Assembly (NCBI GenBank): GCA_963695435.1
Contig: OY968788.1
Location: 477,456-541,455, forward strand
Length of the DNA: 64,000 bases
Direction of reading: 5' to 3'
Origin: an uncultured bacterium
GTDB lineage: Bacteria > Patescibacteriota > Kazan-3B-28
Shown: positions 29,620 to 39,767 of the stretch, piece after piece
How positions within the stretch are numbered: the first letter of the stretch is position 1
Layout of the letters: every line of letters begins with the position of its first letter
The notes under the pieces: generated by a model
What the model was told of the DNA's origin: nothing
Databases searched by the model: none
What the model saw: the letters and a program-made list of their open reading frames with translations, nothing else
Position numbers and translations under genes: made by a program

Positions 29620-31164
29620 TTACTTGGCCACATCCTCCGAGCGGACTTCGCGAATGACCATAACTTTAACCTGACCGGGGTAGGTCATTTCTTTTTCGAT
29701 TTGACGAGCGACATTGTGCGCTAACTTAGCGGCGGCGAGGTCGTCGATTTTGTCAGGCTGAACCATAATGCGAACTTCACGGCCGGCTTGAATCGCGTAC
29801 GCTTTCCCGACACCTTCGTATGAAGTTGCGATGCGCTCCAAGTCTTCTAACCGTTTCACAAAGTTTTCCGCAGATTCTCTGCGCGCACCCGGACGGGAAG
29901 CGGAGATGGCATCAGCGGCCATAACTATGAAGTCTAATGCTGTTTTGGGGCCACCAAAGCCCTCGTGAGACACTTCTAACGCTTGGATGACCTCTGCAGG
30001 CATACCGTACTTCACGGCAATGTCACGGGACAATTCAATGTGGCTTCCTTCATACTCGTGGTCGAGCGCTTTCCCGATGTCGTGCATCAATGTTGCAAGT
30101 TTGGTTAGACGAACATCCATCCCAAGTTGAGCGGCCATCATTGCTGCCAAATGAGCGGCTTCGATAGAGTGCCGCAAAATGTTCTGACCGTAGCTAGTAC
30201 GAAATTGCAAGCGACCAATAATTTTAACAAGGTCAGGATGCAAACCGGTCAGTCCTAATTCAAGCACAGCGTCCTCACCTGCCTTTTTCATTTCGGCATT
30301 GATTTCCTTGTCCGCTTTTTCAACAACTTCCTCAATGCGAGATGGTTGAATTCTGCCGTCTTTTACCAATCTTTCCAGCGCCCTTTTGGCGATATGGCGA
30401 CGGATTGGATCGAAACCGGAAATAACAACTGTGTCTGGTGTGTCGTCGATAATCAGATCAACGCCGGTGGCTTTTTCGAAAGCGTGAATGTTGCGACCTT
30501 CTTTACCGATGATTCTACCTTTCAAATCATCACTTGGGATCTGCACAGAAAAGACCGTGCTTTCGGTAGCGGTATCAGCGGCATAGCGTTGAATTGCTTC
30601 GGAAATAATTTCGCGGGCTTTGTCTTCGGCTTGGTCGTTAGCTTCCTGCTCGACTCGGCGAATAATGCCCAAAACATCGTCTTTGTATTCTTTCTCTACT
30701 CGCGCGAACAATTGTTCTTTCGCTTCATCGCGGGTGAGACGGGCGACATCCTCCAACTTCTTCAGCTGGTTGTCGCGAATCTTCAGAATCTCTTCTTTAA
30801 CTTCCTGAATCTCTTTATCTTTGTTTAGAATCGCTTCCTTCTGCTTGTCCAAATCTTCCAGCTTGCGTTCTAATTGTTCGTCTTTGGAAATGATTCTTTT
30901 TTCCAAATCCAAGATTTCGGAGCGGCGCTCCCTCTCTTCTTTTTCTGACTTGTCGCGAAGCTTAGAAGCTTCTTCCTTGCCCTCTAGAACGATTTCTTTT
31001 GCCTGTTGTTCGGCGGCGGTCAATTTCTCTTTGGCCTTACCTAAAATCTTGTCAGCATCCTGCTCGGCCTTTTCAATTTTCTGACGAGCAACAATGATGC
31101 GAACATAATAACCAACCAGCGCCCCGACAACTCCGGCGATAATCCAGTAAATTACTGATGACAT
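29620..31164 (-). CDS. rny: Ribonuclease Y
   Basis: TM, coiled coil, KH domain (KGRIIGKEGRNI), HD domain (MHDIGKA) and AIQAGREVR. Confidence 0.97.
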   Translation of the reverse strand: MSSVIYWIIAGVVGALVGYYVRIIVARQKIEKAEQDADKILGKAKEKLTAAEQQAKEIVLEGKEEASKLRDKSEKEERERRSEILDLEKRIISKDEQLERKLEDLDKQKEAILNKDKEIQEVKEEILKIRDNQLKKLEDVARLTRDEAKEQLFARVEKEYKDDVLGIIRRVEQEANDQAEDKAREIISEAIQRYAADTATESTVFSVQIPSDDLKGRIIGKEGRNIHAFEKATGVDLIIDDTPDTVVISGFDPIRRHIAKRALERLVKDGRIQPSRIEEVVEKADKEINAEMKKAGEDAVLELGLTGLHPDLVKIIGRLQFRTSYGQNILRHSIEAAHLAAMMAAQLGMDVRLTKLATLMHDIGKALDHEYEGSHIELSRDIAVKYGMPAEVIQALEVSHEGFGGPKTALDFIVMAADAISASRPGARRESAENFVKRLEDLERIATSYEGVGKAYAIQAGREVRIMVQPDKIDDLAAAKLAHNVARQIEKEMTYPGQVKVMVIREVRSEDVAK

Positions 31165-31172
31165 AGCGAACC

Positions 31173-31353
31173 TCCGGTTACACTAGGCCAATAAGCCCTG
31201 CGCGAATAAGCGCATTGCCCCCGTCAAACTTTCGGTTGGCTAAAAGAAAAAGCTGAAACCCATCACCTGCAAAACAGGCTTGAGAACAGACGCGAAAGTG
31301 ACAATTTGGATTCCCAGTAGGGGAAGTAAAAGGCTCATTATCCTAAGTGGAAT
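31173..31353 (-). ncRNA. ssrS: Probable 6S RNA
   Basis: ~180-nt rod: CACTTAGG/CCTAGTG and AATGAGCCTT/AGGGCTTATT closing stems, a central bubble and an inner stem. Position upstream of rny is a known 6S synteny. Confidence 0.55.
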
Positions 31354-31477
31354 TTTAAGTGATATACAGGACTAGAGCGGAAAATCTGAATTAGTCCTAC
31401 TGATACTTTACCCTAAAAATGTATGGCGGTCAAATTGTTCTTGTATACTGGAGCTAGCGTCAAAAAGGCGCGAAAAT

Positions 31478-33409
31478 ATGAAACAAGGGGGTAAATTTGG
31501 TGCTTTAACCGCCGCGACAATCGCGGCGGTAGTGTTGGCGCCAATAGTTTTTACAATGGCGGAAGGAGAAACCCCGTCAGTAATTATTAACGAGGTGGCG
31601 TGGGCGGGAAGTACGAAGTCGAGCAGTGATGAATGGATTGAATTGAAAAATACCACCAGCGAAATCGTTGATGTGAGCGGTTGGCAATTAACCAAAAACA
31701 CTGGCGAGGAAGCGCTGATGCTCACAATCCCAGCCGACAAGACGATTGATGCTGATGGTTATTTTTTGATTTCCAATTTTGATGAAGCGAATTCAGTTTT
31801 GACAATTGTGCCCAATGTGGTGGACTCGGCAATCACACTTTCCAATGACAAATTGCAAATCAAATTGTACAAAGGCGATTGGAAGTTGCCTGAAAATTTG
31901 ATTGATACGGCGGGTGATGGGGGAGTCCCGCTCGCAGGAAACAATACAGCAAAAAGTTCGATGGAAAGAGACGATGATTTGAACGGATGGCATGATGCGT
32001 TGGCGGGAGTGAATTTGGATGCGGATGTGACGGACCTCGGAACACCCTCCGCTGAAAATTCTAAATTGATTGAACCTCCGACCGTTGAAAGTATTTCGCC
32101 AAACACCGCCGAGGCGGGGAAGACTCTACAAATCGAAAGTATTATCGGAACGAATTTCAGTACTGATTCGCCTCCAACTGTGCAGTTGAAATTAGCTGAA
32201 CGCACTATTACCGCCGACAATACTCACACCGCAAATTCCACTTTGATTGATAGTGGGCAATTCGGTTTGGAGGGAGCGGAGGCGGGGAAGTGGGATTTGG
32301 TAATTACTAATCCTGATGGAACAACGGCGACATTACCTCAAGCGGTGGAGATAACCGAACCGCCACCTGAATATGATTTGACCACCACGGTGCGGTTGAA
32401 CGAAATCTATCCTCAACCCAATACCACCAGCAATGATGAATTCATTGAGTTATATAATTCCGGTGACAAGACGGTGAATTTGAGTGATTGGATTTTGGAT
32501 GATGTTCGCAACGGCGGATCCAGTCCGTTTACTTTTGGCGCGCAAAATATTTTGCCCAAAAGCTACTTAGTGCTTTACAAAAGTGAAACAAAAATCACGC
32601 TCAACGACAGCGGGGATGATGTTTATTTGCTCCAGCCAAATGGTTTTGAATTGGACCACACAACATACACGGAGGCACCGCGCGGACAAACCCATGCGCG
32701 GTTTGATGACGGTTGGAAATGGACTAACTCACCAACGCCCAATGGCAAAAATGTGTTGAGCACTCCGCCTCCGCCAGACACGGAATCGTCTCCCGTGGAT
32801 GAACCAGACGACACGCCAGTTGAATTACTGGCATTTCAAAAAAGCGATATTTTGATTACCGAATTATTACCCAACCCAGTGGAAGATGAGGAATTTATTG
32901 AACTGCAAAATAATTCTTCCAAGCCGATAGATTTGAAGAACTGGGTATTGCAAGACAAGTCGAAACACAAATATAAAATCGCTGACTTTGCCGTCAGTAT
33001 CCAAACCGCCAGTGGTCTTATTATTCAGCCCCAGCAGTATGTGGTGATAACGGAAATAATGTCATCCATTGCGTTGAATAACACGGGCGGGGAGACGGTG
33101 ACATTGTTTGATCTTAGCGGAAATATCATTTCAACTGTGAGCTATTTGGATAAAGCACCGGCTGGCGCAGTGTACGCGTGGGATGGGAAGGTTTGGACTT
33201 GGAGCAAATACGCCACACCGGGACAAGTGAATATTTTAGGTTTGGACGAAGCGGATGAGCCACCTCCCGCGGTAGATATTGTTTTGCCCGCTTCACTACC
33301 CGTGACAGGAGAATCGAGTCGGCGTTGGATAGGGATTTTACTTATCGGTCTCGCGCTAGGTGCTATAGTGATTTGGAGAAAGTTACGAGTGATGAGTTGT
33401 GAGTTGTGA
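31478..33409 (+). CDS. Surface protein with three lamin-tail-like domains, an IPT domain and an LPVTG sorting signal
   Basis: IINEV...EWIELKN, LNEIYP...EFIELYN and ITELLP...EFIELQN. C-terminal LPVTG + TM + RKLR. Confidence 0.88.
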   Translation: MKQGGKFGALTAATIAAVVLAPIVFTMAEGETPSVIINEVAWAGSTKSSSDEWIELKNTTSEIVDVSGWQLTKNTGEEALMLTIPADKTIDADGYFLISNFDEANSVLTIVPNVVDSAITLSNDKLQIKLYKGDWKLPENLIDTAGDGGVPLAGNNTAKSSMERDDDLNGWHDALAGVNLDADVTDLGTPSAENSKLIEPPTVESISPNTAEAGKTLQIESIIGTNFSTDSPPTVQLKLAERTITADNTHTANSTLIDSGQFGLEGAEAGKWDLVITNPDGTTATLPQAVEITEPPPEYDLTTTVRLNEIYPQPNTTSNDEFIELYNSGDKTVNLSDWILDDVRNGGSSPFTFGAQNILPKSYLVLYKSETKITLNDSGDDVYLLQPNGFELDHTTYTEAPRGQTHARFDDGWKWTNSPTPNGKNVLSTPPPPDTESSPVDEPDDTPVELLAFQKSDILITELLPNPVEDEEFIELQNNSSKPIDLKNWVLQDKSKHKYKIADFAVSIQTASGLIIQPQQYVVITEIMSSIALNNTGGETVTLFDLSGNIISTVSYLDKAPAGAVYAWDGKVWTWSKYATPGQVNILGLDEADEPPPAVDIVLPASLPVTGESSRRWIGILLIGLALGAIVIWRKLRVMSCEL

Positions 33410-33417
33410 GTGAGACT

Positions 33418-33507
33418 CGTCATTCTGGTAAGGTCGCCGTGGCGACCGCATCCAGAATCTTATAAGATCCTGGACAAGCCCGCCTACCGGCAGGCAGGCC
33501 AGGATGA
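33418..33507. repeat. CGTC-type REP doublet
   Basis: CGTCATTCTGG...CCAGAATCT...AGATCCTGG...CCAGGATGACG. Confidence 0.75.
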
Positions 33508-33523
33508 CGAAATGGAGGATAAA

Positions 33524-33982
33524 ATGATAACAGTTCAGACACATAATTTGGGTGAGACACAGACGCTCGGGGAGAGCATGGGTCGTCAGTTGAAAGGCGA
33601 TGAAACTTTTGCGTTGGTAAGTCCCTTGGGCGGAGGAAAGACGAGCTTCACGCAAGGACTGGCGAAGGGGATCGGCGCAAAAGCGCGGGTGACTAGCCCC
33701 ACATTTGTATTGGAAAAAATTTACACGGGAGATAAATTGGTCCTCCATCATTTTGATACCTACCGCATTGAGGTAGGGGATATTGAATCGACCGGACTGC
33801 TGGATATTTTGGGGGAAACCGTTGTGGTGGTGGAATGGGCGGATAAAATCAAACCACTCTTACCTCTTGATGCGATTTGGGTGACAATAAAAATCGGGAA
33901 GGGAGACGAGCGGATGTTTGAATTTATTTATCCAGAAAGTAGAGCTTATATTTTTAAGGTAGTCCCTCCCTCCTGCGTTTAA
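33524..33982 (+). CDS. tsaE: t6A biosynthesis ATPase TsaE
   Basis: LGGGKTSFTQGL, VTSPTF, HFDTYR and VEWAD. GGAGG RBS before the ATG at 33524. Confidence 0.93.
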   Translation: MITVQTHNLGETQTLGESMGRQLKGDETFALVSPLGGGKTSFTQGLAKGIGAKARVTSPTFVLEKIYTGDKLVLHHFDTYRIEVGDIESTGLLDILGETVVVVEWADKIKPLLPLDAIWVTIKIGKGDERMFEFIYPESRAYIFKVVPPSCV

Positions 33983-34054
33983 TCTCATCGCAAATAGGTC
34001 ATTAGCCTCTTGCGATATAGATTTCACTACGGGCGGGCAGGCGGCAAAATCGGG

Positions 34055-34681
34055 ATGATAAATAAATTGTCAAATAATGTACTGGGGATAGATACTGCGC
34101 AGGCTGAAACTGTCATCGGGCTCAATGATGATGTAGTGAGTTGGGTGTCTGACCGCAACCAATCCAAAGAACTTTTACCCGCAATCGATAAACTGATTCG
34201 GTCACAAAAACTAACTCCACAGAAACTTCGCGGGGTGGTGGTGAATATCGGGCCCGGTTCTTTTACGGGACTTCGGGTGGGGCTGACTGTCGCCAATGGT
34301 TTTGGATACGGACTAAAAATTCCGTTGGTCGGGATGAGCGAATTTGATGTAATTCGTTTGTTTTTCCCGAAAGTCGATTTGATAATTTTGGATGCGAAGC
34401 GGGATGAGCTTTTTGTGGAAGTAAAAAATCAGACGCCAAAATTGATACCCATCGCAAAACTTGGAAGGCTAATCAAGCGGGGAGTGAGTGTGTATGTTGA
34501 GCCTAGTTTAGCGCTGGCACTTCACCCGCAACTCTCCAAGGCAGGAACTATTTATTTGGGTGAGATTCCGCGGGTACAAAAAATGGCGGGAATGCTTTCC
34601 GCCACTAAACTTCCGAAAAAATTTGTTCCTGTAATGCCTCTCTATTTGCGCGGAGCGAATATCACAAAGGCTAGACGATAG
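34055..34681 (+). CDS. tsaB: t6A biosynthesis protein TsaB
   Basis: LGIDT, GPGSFTGLRVG, DAKRDE and PLYLR. Confidence 0.93.
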   Translation: MINKLSNNVLGIDTAQAETVIGLNDDVVSWVSDRNQSKELLPAIDKLIRSQKLTPQKLRGVVVNIGPGSFTGLRVGLTVANGFGYGLKIPLVGMSEFDVIRLFFPKVDLIILDAKRDELFVEVKNQTPKLIPIAKLGRLIKRGVSVYVEPSLALALHPQLSKAGTIYLGEIPRVQKMAGMLSATKLPKKFVPVMPLYLRGANITKARR

Positions 34682-34709
34682 ACTAATAGACTTATAGACG
34701 AATAGAGTT

Positions 34710-34826
34710 TGTCATTCTGAACTTGTTTCAGAATTTTTTTCTATTGTCATCCTCGAGGTCTGCTGTACAGCAGGCCGAAGGATCTAGAAGAATAATTCAT
34801 AGATTCTTCGCTCCGCTCAGAATGAC
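34710..34826. repeat. Cluster of GTCAT/ATGAC REPs
   Basis: GTCATTCTGAACTTGTTTCAGAAT and GTCATCCTCGAGG...AGATTCTTCGCTCCGCTCAGAATGAC. Confidence 0.8.
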
Positions 34827-35324
34827 AAAATAAAAGAGTAGCCCGCCATTGCTGGCCGGGCTACTGGTTGATGACGTGGGTAAACCACAATTACTGTGTC
34901 GCTTTACCCGCCGCCGTCCGTAGATGATTGCGCGAAGAATACATACATAGGCGTCGTTCCTCCAGCAATCTTAGAAATGTTGGTGCACTGTAGTTCAGTT
35001 CAATGTTGCCGGATAAACCGGCAGGCAGTCACGGGAATCGAGGTTAAGAGACTGTCCGAAGACAATGTCCCTTTAGGGGCCTCCATCGCCACTATCGACG
35101 GAGGGTGCCTTCTCGACTTTTTTCATAAGTCCTCCCTACAGTATGTGGTACACCTACTTTAATGTAGGTAATTTGATTATATCATCAAGGCAGAAGTGAA
35201 AAGTAGTGAGTGACGAGTCGTGAGTCCTCCTCTGCCCAAGGGCTACGGAAGGATCTACGATCGCGAGTGAAAGACAAGTGACCTAGTTTCCTAGTAAAGA
35301 AAAAATAACCCAGCAATCTGGGTT

Positions 35325-35410
35325 ATCTGTCTGCGAATCTGTGTAATCTGTGCTGTTCTGCCCTTTTTACAAATCTGTGCAATCCGTGGTCCTATCTGTG
35401 TAATCTGTGG
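35325..35410. repeat. Nonamer tandem repeat (ATCTGTGTA)n
   Basis: atctgtgtaatctgtg...atctgtgcaatccgtgg...atctgtgtaatctgtgg. Confidence 0.7.
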
Positions 35411-35411
35411 T

Positions 35412-35741
35412 CTAGAAGCCCAAGAGGAATTTGGTAGTTTTTCCTTCAAGGATAGCTTGCCCCGGCATGATGTCTTTTGGCACTACGCGGTAATTGCGCG
35501 GGTCGTTGATGTTGATAATAGTATCGATATTTTCGTCAGGAACGCTAGCGATTGGAGCAGAGGTTGTGCTGGTGGCGATCGGTGCAGCTTGAATTGGCAT
35601 TGCTTCGGCAATGGTCGGCTGGCTAATTGGGATCAACTCGTTGATGGTTTCGCTCCACAGTATTACCCCGAGCATCAAAAGAATGCCCACCAGACAAAAG
35701 GCGGTTTCGACAGAAATTATTTTTTGCTGAAGGTTCTTCAT
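35412..35741 (-). CDS. Small membrane-anchored protein
   Basis: N-terminal TM. ATGA overlap with the upstream gene. Confidence 0.7.
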   Translation of the reverse strand: MKNLQQKIISVETAFCLVGILLMLGVILWSETINELIPISQPTIAEAMPIQAAPIATSTTSAPIASVPDENIDTIININDPRNYRVVPKDIMPGQAILEGKTTKFLLGF

Positions 35742-38700
35742 TGCATTGGAACTGTTTTGGTATATGTGTAACCATCACTTTGGCGAACGCATCGGAATGT
35801 ATTTCCCAGAAGATGAGTACATACTTCTATAACCCCGTCTCCTCCGTTATCACCCGTACTGGTATTCTGACCATCGGGAGTAGAGGGGAGGGGCTGGATT
35901 CCGGTAGTTATTTGTTTTTCTTCGCCGGTGATAACTTTGGGTTCAACCAGAAAAGCGTCAAAGTAAGCACTACCACTAGAGTTAGAACGGCTATGGCTAG
36001 TCTCCCAACTAGCTAACTCATTCCCGCTATAAATTCCGTCGTATTCTTTGGCTGCCTCACTAGTAAATGAGCTGATATTGGAATCATAGTATTTTATGCG
36101 GACTGGCGGACGAAGCTGAGCAAATAGAGTATTAGCCTTTGCTATCAATTGTTGTAACCCCGTGATTTGAGAATCGGGTTGATTATAGATAGCTGATGTG
36201 GTTTGAAAAGGATAAACCGTGTGGTCAAATTGACCGCCGTAAATAAGTACCGTACCATCTCCTAAACCGATAGCTTGATGGAAGACGGGGAGCTCGCTAT
36301 CCGCCATATTAATCAAGTCACTCTGGGTAGTCGAATCTGTGTATACAGGCAACTGCCAATCCGTCATTGGTTGGGCAACATTGGTGTCTAAATCATAGAC
36401 AAAAGAAAGGGCACTAGCTGAACTAGTGGTGAGCAGATATTGATTTCCTGACAAATGAGCAACTTGTTCGATGTTCCCAAAAGCTGATTTAGGATCGGCA
36501 AGTGAATATGCCGCCTGTTGCCTAGAGCTATGAATGCTAGTCAAAATAGCCGCTCCTACCTTTCCAAAAGACGCGATAAATTTTTCCAACCAGCCAGAAG
36601 GTTCGATGGAGGTATTTAGCTGCTGAATTTTTGTTGCAGTATTTTGATCTACTGCAATTTCGGGCGCAACCATGTCGCTACTCCCGTCACTAATATTAAT
36701 CGTCTGAATGGTTTCGGTTGTTTGAGAGCCAAAGAGATAAATAACTACCGGAGCACCACCGGTATCCCGTTGGACTGCGCAGGATATTTCACCCTTTACG
36801 GATAAATTCGCCAATTTTACCAACGAAGCCGTCCCGATATCGTAGAGCAACACCCCTTTGTATCCTTCGCCAGCGAGCATCAATGTGCTTTTATCTAAAG
36901 CAATCGCGACTTGTCCCAAACTTTGAGGCAAGGCAATTGGCAAGGGTTTGAATGTTACTTCTGATAACCAATGAAAGTCAAAATATTCGCCACCATATTC
37001 GTATGTGGTGTTGTCAAATTTGGCGGCAGTTAAGTTTTTTACCAAACGGACGAGAGGGTTAACATTGTCACCCAGCACCCGAGTGGAAACAGCCATTGGT
37101 TTATTGTCTTCTGCTACAAGATAGTCATTGTTAGTTAGAATATCAAAAGTAGAAGTGGCTGGCGTAGCACCAGCTAATGCGGAAGCTGATAAAGAAGTCT
37201 CGGCAGGTGGCGTAAGAGCGTTTGCCACATCCTCTACTTCGCCTTCGTCTGTTGGCATACGAGATATCGTCAGCGACTTTTGGTAGATTTTGTCGTCATA
37301 GCTAACTGTGCTAGTAAGAATGATCGGTTCGTTCTCGTCGGGAGCGGTATTTTCCGAAACAAGTTTCGCCTTTACTTTCCAGTAATAAAATCCTGGCTGC
37401 AAGGTGGTGGTAATTTCTTTTGTTGACTTACCGCGCCACACAAGATGCGCATCACCCTTGATGGAGATGGTTGCAGGAGCGTCTCCGCCTCGTTCTGTGT
37501 GATTACTGTTACGAAAAATCATTTCAACATCAGTACTTTCAGCCGGCAATAGGTTATTAGTTCCCGCACCTAGCGAATACTGGATGGACGACATATCCGA
37601 AGTTTTAGTGTTTTTACTGATAGCCCTTACTTTAAATTGGAATGTTTTTGGAGAACTTGGATACAAATTACCGTCATAGCTAATTTGTACGCTGACCAAA
37701 CCTTCCAATCCTGTGCTATTTGCATCCCCAGTAATTCCCACTGACACTGTACGAGGAGTAAGACGGGGATAAATTGGGATACTCAAGTCCTTACTGATAA
37801 CTTCTTCTGAGCCAGATATCCACAACCCGTGAAATTCTTTTGGCTTGGAATAACGAATACTGATGCCTCCTTGGGTTTGGATTTTTACATTAGCGACCGT
37901 GGCAATATTAGGAAGTTTGCCAAAGTCACGATTGTCATCCATTCGAATGGTAAGTCTAGCGTCCTCTCCTTGGGTAATATTTGTTTGGCTAACATTTATT
38001 TTGTATTCAATTGATTTTTTAAGTTGAGCACTCTCTTCTTCGCTTAGAGGTGCTGCTGACTGTTTGTAATCTCGTTGGATTACGATTGACTTCCAGTAAG
38101 TAGTGCCTCCGTAGCCAACGGCTAGTTCTAAAGTGATAGGACCCAAGTCTTTATTCTGGTATGAAGAGAGTACGCGCAATTTTGGTATGTCTCCGTTTGG
38201 AGCACGATGCACACCCATTTGAGGTAAAAGGGCAAATTTAATTTTTTGAATATTATTAGCTAAATCCGTATCAGTTCTCCAAAACTTGGCGGGGCCAGTA
38301 ACAGTAAGCGTACATTGAGCTTCTGTTGTGGAGGAAGGTCGTTCAGATTTTGGTCTATTGTCATATGCTGTCACTGAAATATTGGCTACTTCACCTCGTC
38401 CCACCTTTGTTTTGTCAGCACTAAGAGTAATAACAAAAGAATTCTGTGCCCGCTCAGCAGCGATTTCGTCAGCCGTTTTAACTGGCGGAGAGATTTTGTA
38501 GTCGCGCTTAATCGTCAAATTACGATTATAAGTTTTGTCCATAAAGGTAGCAACAGCAGTAATTTTGATATCTCCCAAATCCTGATTTTTTATGGATGAG
38601 ATAATTCGAGCGGTATATTTATATGGCGTACTGCCGGGGTAGAGTGTGAAGCTAACTGTTTGGATATTTTGAGTTAGCCCAGCATCCGTTTTTTGTTTAC

Positions 38701-39670
38701 CGCTTGCATCAAGATCTTGGAAACGAGCGGGACCAGTAATAGTCAATGTCACATTAGCTTTATTTGTCCACTTGTTTATAGAAGATGTTTTGTGACGCAT
38801 GGAGAAGGAGACTAGTGTGCTTATGGAACGTCCTATTACGCTGTCGGCGGAAACGAGTTCGGTAGTCACATTGGGGTCTTCACCGGGTTGCTGGATGATT
38901 TCAGTCCCAGAGACGCCGGAGGAGTCGATAACGCCACCCGTAATTACAACTCGGTCTCCCATCAGGATAGCGGTGTGCTTCATCCTGCCCACCCGCATCA
39001 TCGGTTCTGTGTCTGTTTGGTAGTATTCCTTGAGAGTAACGAAACGATTAGCACTAGCGTCATATACTTCACCTGTGCGTAACAAACCAGAGTCATTCCA
39101 CCCGTCTATTATTTTTTTCCATTCGGCTAGGTTGTATTCGTCTTTCGCGGACAAATCAAATGATAGAAAGTTTGCTGGAATCTTGGTTAATCCTCCTAGT
39201 ATTAATACATCACCATCTGGTAGCAAGGTAGAGGACTGCCAAGCCCGAGGGCTGTTCATCTCCCCAGCGAGAGTGAAGTTGCGATTTTTTGGGTCATATA
39301 GAACTGCTGTTTGTAAAATAGTTTTGCCGTTGGTACCACCGGCAACCAAAACCATACCGTTTTTCAATAGAGTCATAGTGTGGCCATAACGGGGGAAAGT
39401 TCCACCAACATATTGGAGAACATTTTCACCTTCGCCATTGTTTTCTTGGTAGCTAACTTTAAATTGTCCATATTTTGTTCTATCCGCACCGCCACCAACT
39501 GTTGTAAAAACGAACTTTTCCTGCAAAGCATTGTTGACCTCTGTTGTTAAATCTGATGGAACTTCATTGCTGGTGGTGGTTTGGGCGAGGGCGGGGAGAT
39601 TGCCAAAAACGCCTGTCACTAGAGACAGGGCGAGCAGAAAGGCAGTGGTTTTTTGGAATCTATTTTTCAT
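35738..39670 (-). CDS. Secreted kelch-propeller protein with about four inserted Ig-like repeats (1310 aa)
   Basis: RYGHTMTLLKNGMVLVAGG and similar blades. Internal repeats TLTITGPARF, TLTVTGPAKF and TISIKGDAHL. Confidence 0.82.
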   Translation of the reverse strand: MKNRFQKTTAFLLALSLVTGVFGNLPALAQTTTSNEVPSDLTTEVNNALQEKFVFTTVGGGADRTKYGQFKVSYQENNGEGENVLQYVGGTFPRYGHTMTLLKNGMVLVAGGTNGKTILQTAVLYDPKNRNFTLAGEMNSPRAWQSSTLLPDGDVLILGGLTKIPANFLSFDLSAKDEYNLAEWKKIIDGWNDSGLLRTGEVYDASANRFVTLKEYYQTDTEPMMRVGRMKHTAILMGDRVVITGGVIDSSGVSGTEIIQQPGEDPNVTTELVSADSVIGRSISTLVSFSMRHKTSSINKWTNKANVTLTITGPARFQDLDASGKQKTDAGLTQNIQTVSFTLYPGSTPYKYTARIISSIKNQDLGDIKITAVATFMDKTYNRNLTIKRDYKISPPVKTADEIAAERAQNSFVITLSADKTKVGRGEVANISVTAYDNRPKSERPSSTTEAQCTLTVTGPAKFWRTDTDLANNIQKIKFALLPQMGVHRAPNGDIPKLRVLSSYQNKDLGPITLELAVGYGGTTYWKSIVIQRDYKQSAAPLSEEESAQLKKSIEYKINVSQTNITQGEDARLTIRMDDNRDFGKLPNIATVANVKIQTQGGISIRYSKPKEFHGLWISGSEEVISKDLSIPIYPRLTPRTVSVGITGDANSTGLEGLVSVQISYDGNLYPSSPKTFQFKVRAISKNTKTSDMSSIQYSLGAGTNNLLPAESTDVEMIFRNSNHTERGGDAPATISIKGDAHLVWRGKSTKEITTTLQPGFYYWKVKAKLVSENTAPDENEPIILTSTVSYDDKIYQKSLTISRMPTDEGEVEDVANALTPPAETSLSASALAGATPATSTFDILTNNDYLVAEDNKPMAVSTRVLGDNVNPLVRLVKNLTAAKFDNTTYEYGGEYFDFHWLSEVTFKPLPIALPQSLGQVAIALDKSTLMLAGEGYKGVLLYDIGTASLVKLANLSVKGEISCAVQRDTGGAPVVIYLFGSQTTETIQTINISDGSSDMVAPEIAVDQNTATKIQQLNTSIEPSGWLEKFIASFGKVGAAILTSIHSSRQQAAYSLADPKSAFGNIEQVAHLSGNQYLLTTSSASALSFVYDLDTNVAQPMTDWQLPVYTDSTTQSDLINMADSELPVFHQAIGLGDGTVLIYGGQFDHTVYPFQTTSAIYNQPDSQITGLQQLIAKANTLFAQLRPPVRIKYYDSNISSFTSEAAKEYDGIYSGNELASWETSHSRSNSSGSAYFDAFLVEPKVITGEEKQITTGIQPLPSTPDGQNTSTGDNGGDGVIEVCTHLLGNTFRCVRQSDGYTYTKTVPMQ

Positions 39671-39699
39671 TTTTTATTTTAGCTTTTCTTTTTCTTTTT

Positions 39700-39757
39700 T
39701 GTCATTCTCTGGCTCGACCAGAGAATCCATGGATCCTCCGATCAAGTCGGAGGATGA
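39700..39757. repeat. GTCAT...ATGAC REP doublet
   Basis: GTCATTCTCTGGCTCGACCAGAGAATCC...GGATCCTCCGATCAAGTCGGAGGATGAC. Confidence 0.8.
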
Positions 39758-39767
39758 CAAAGGGGGA

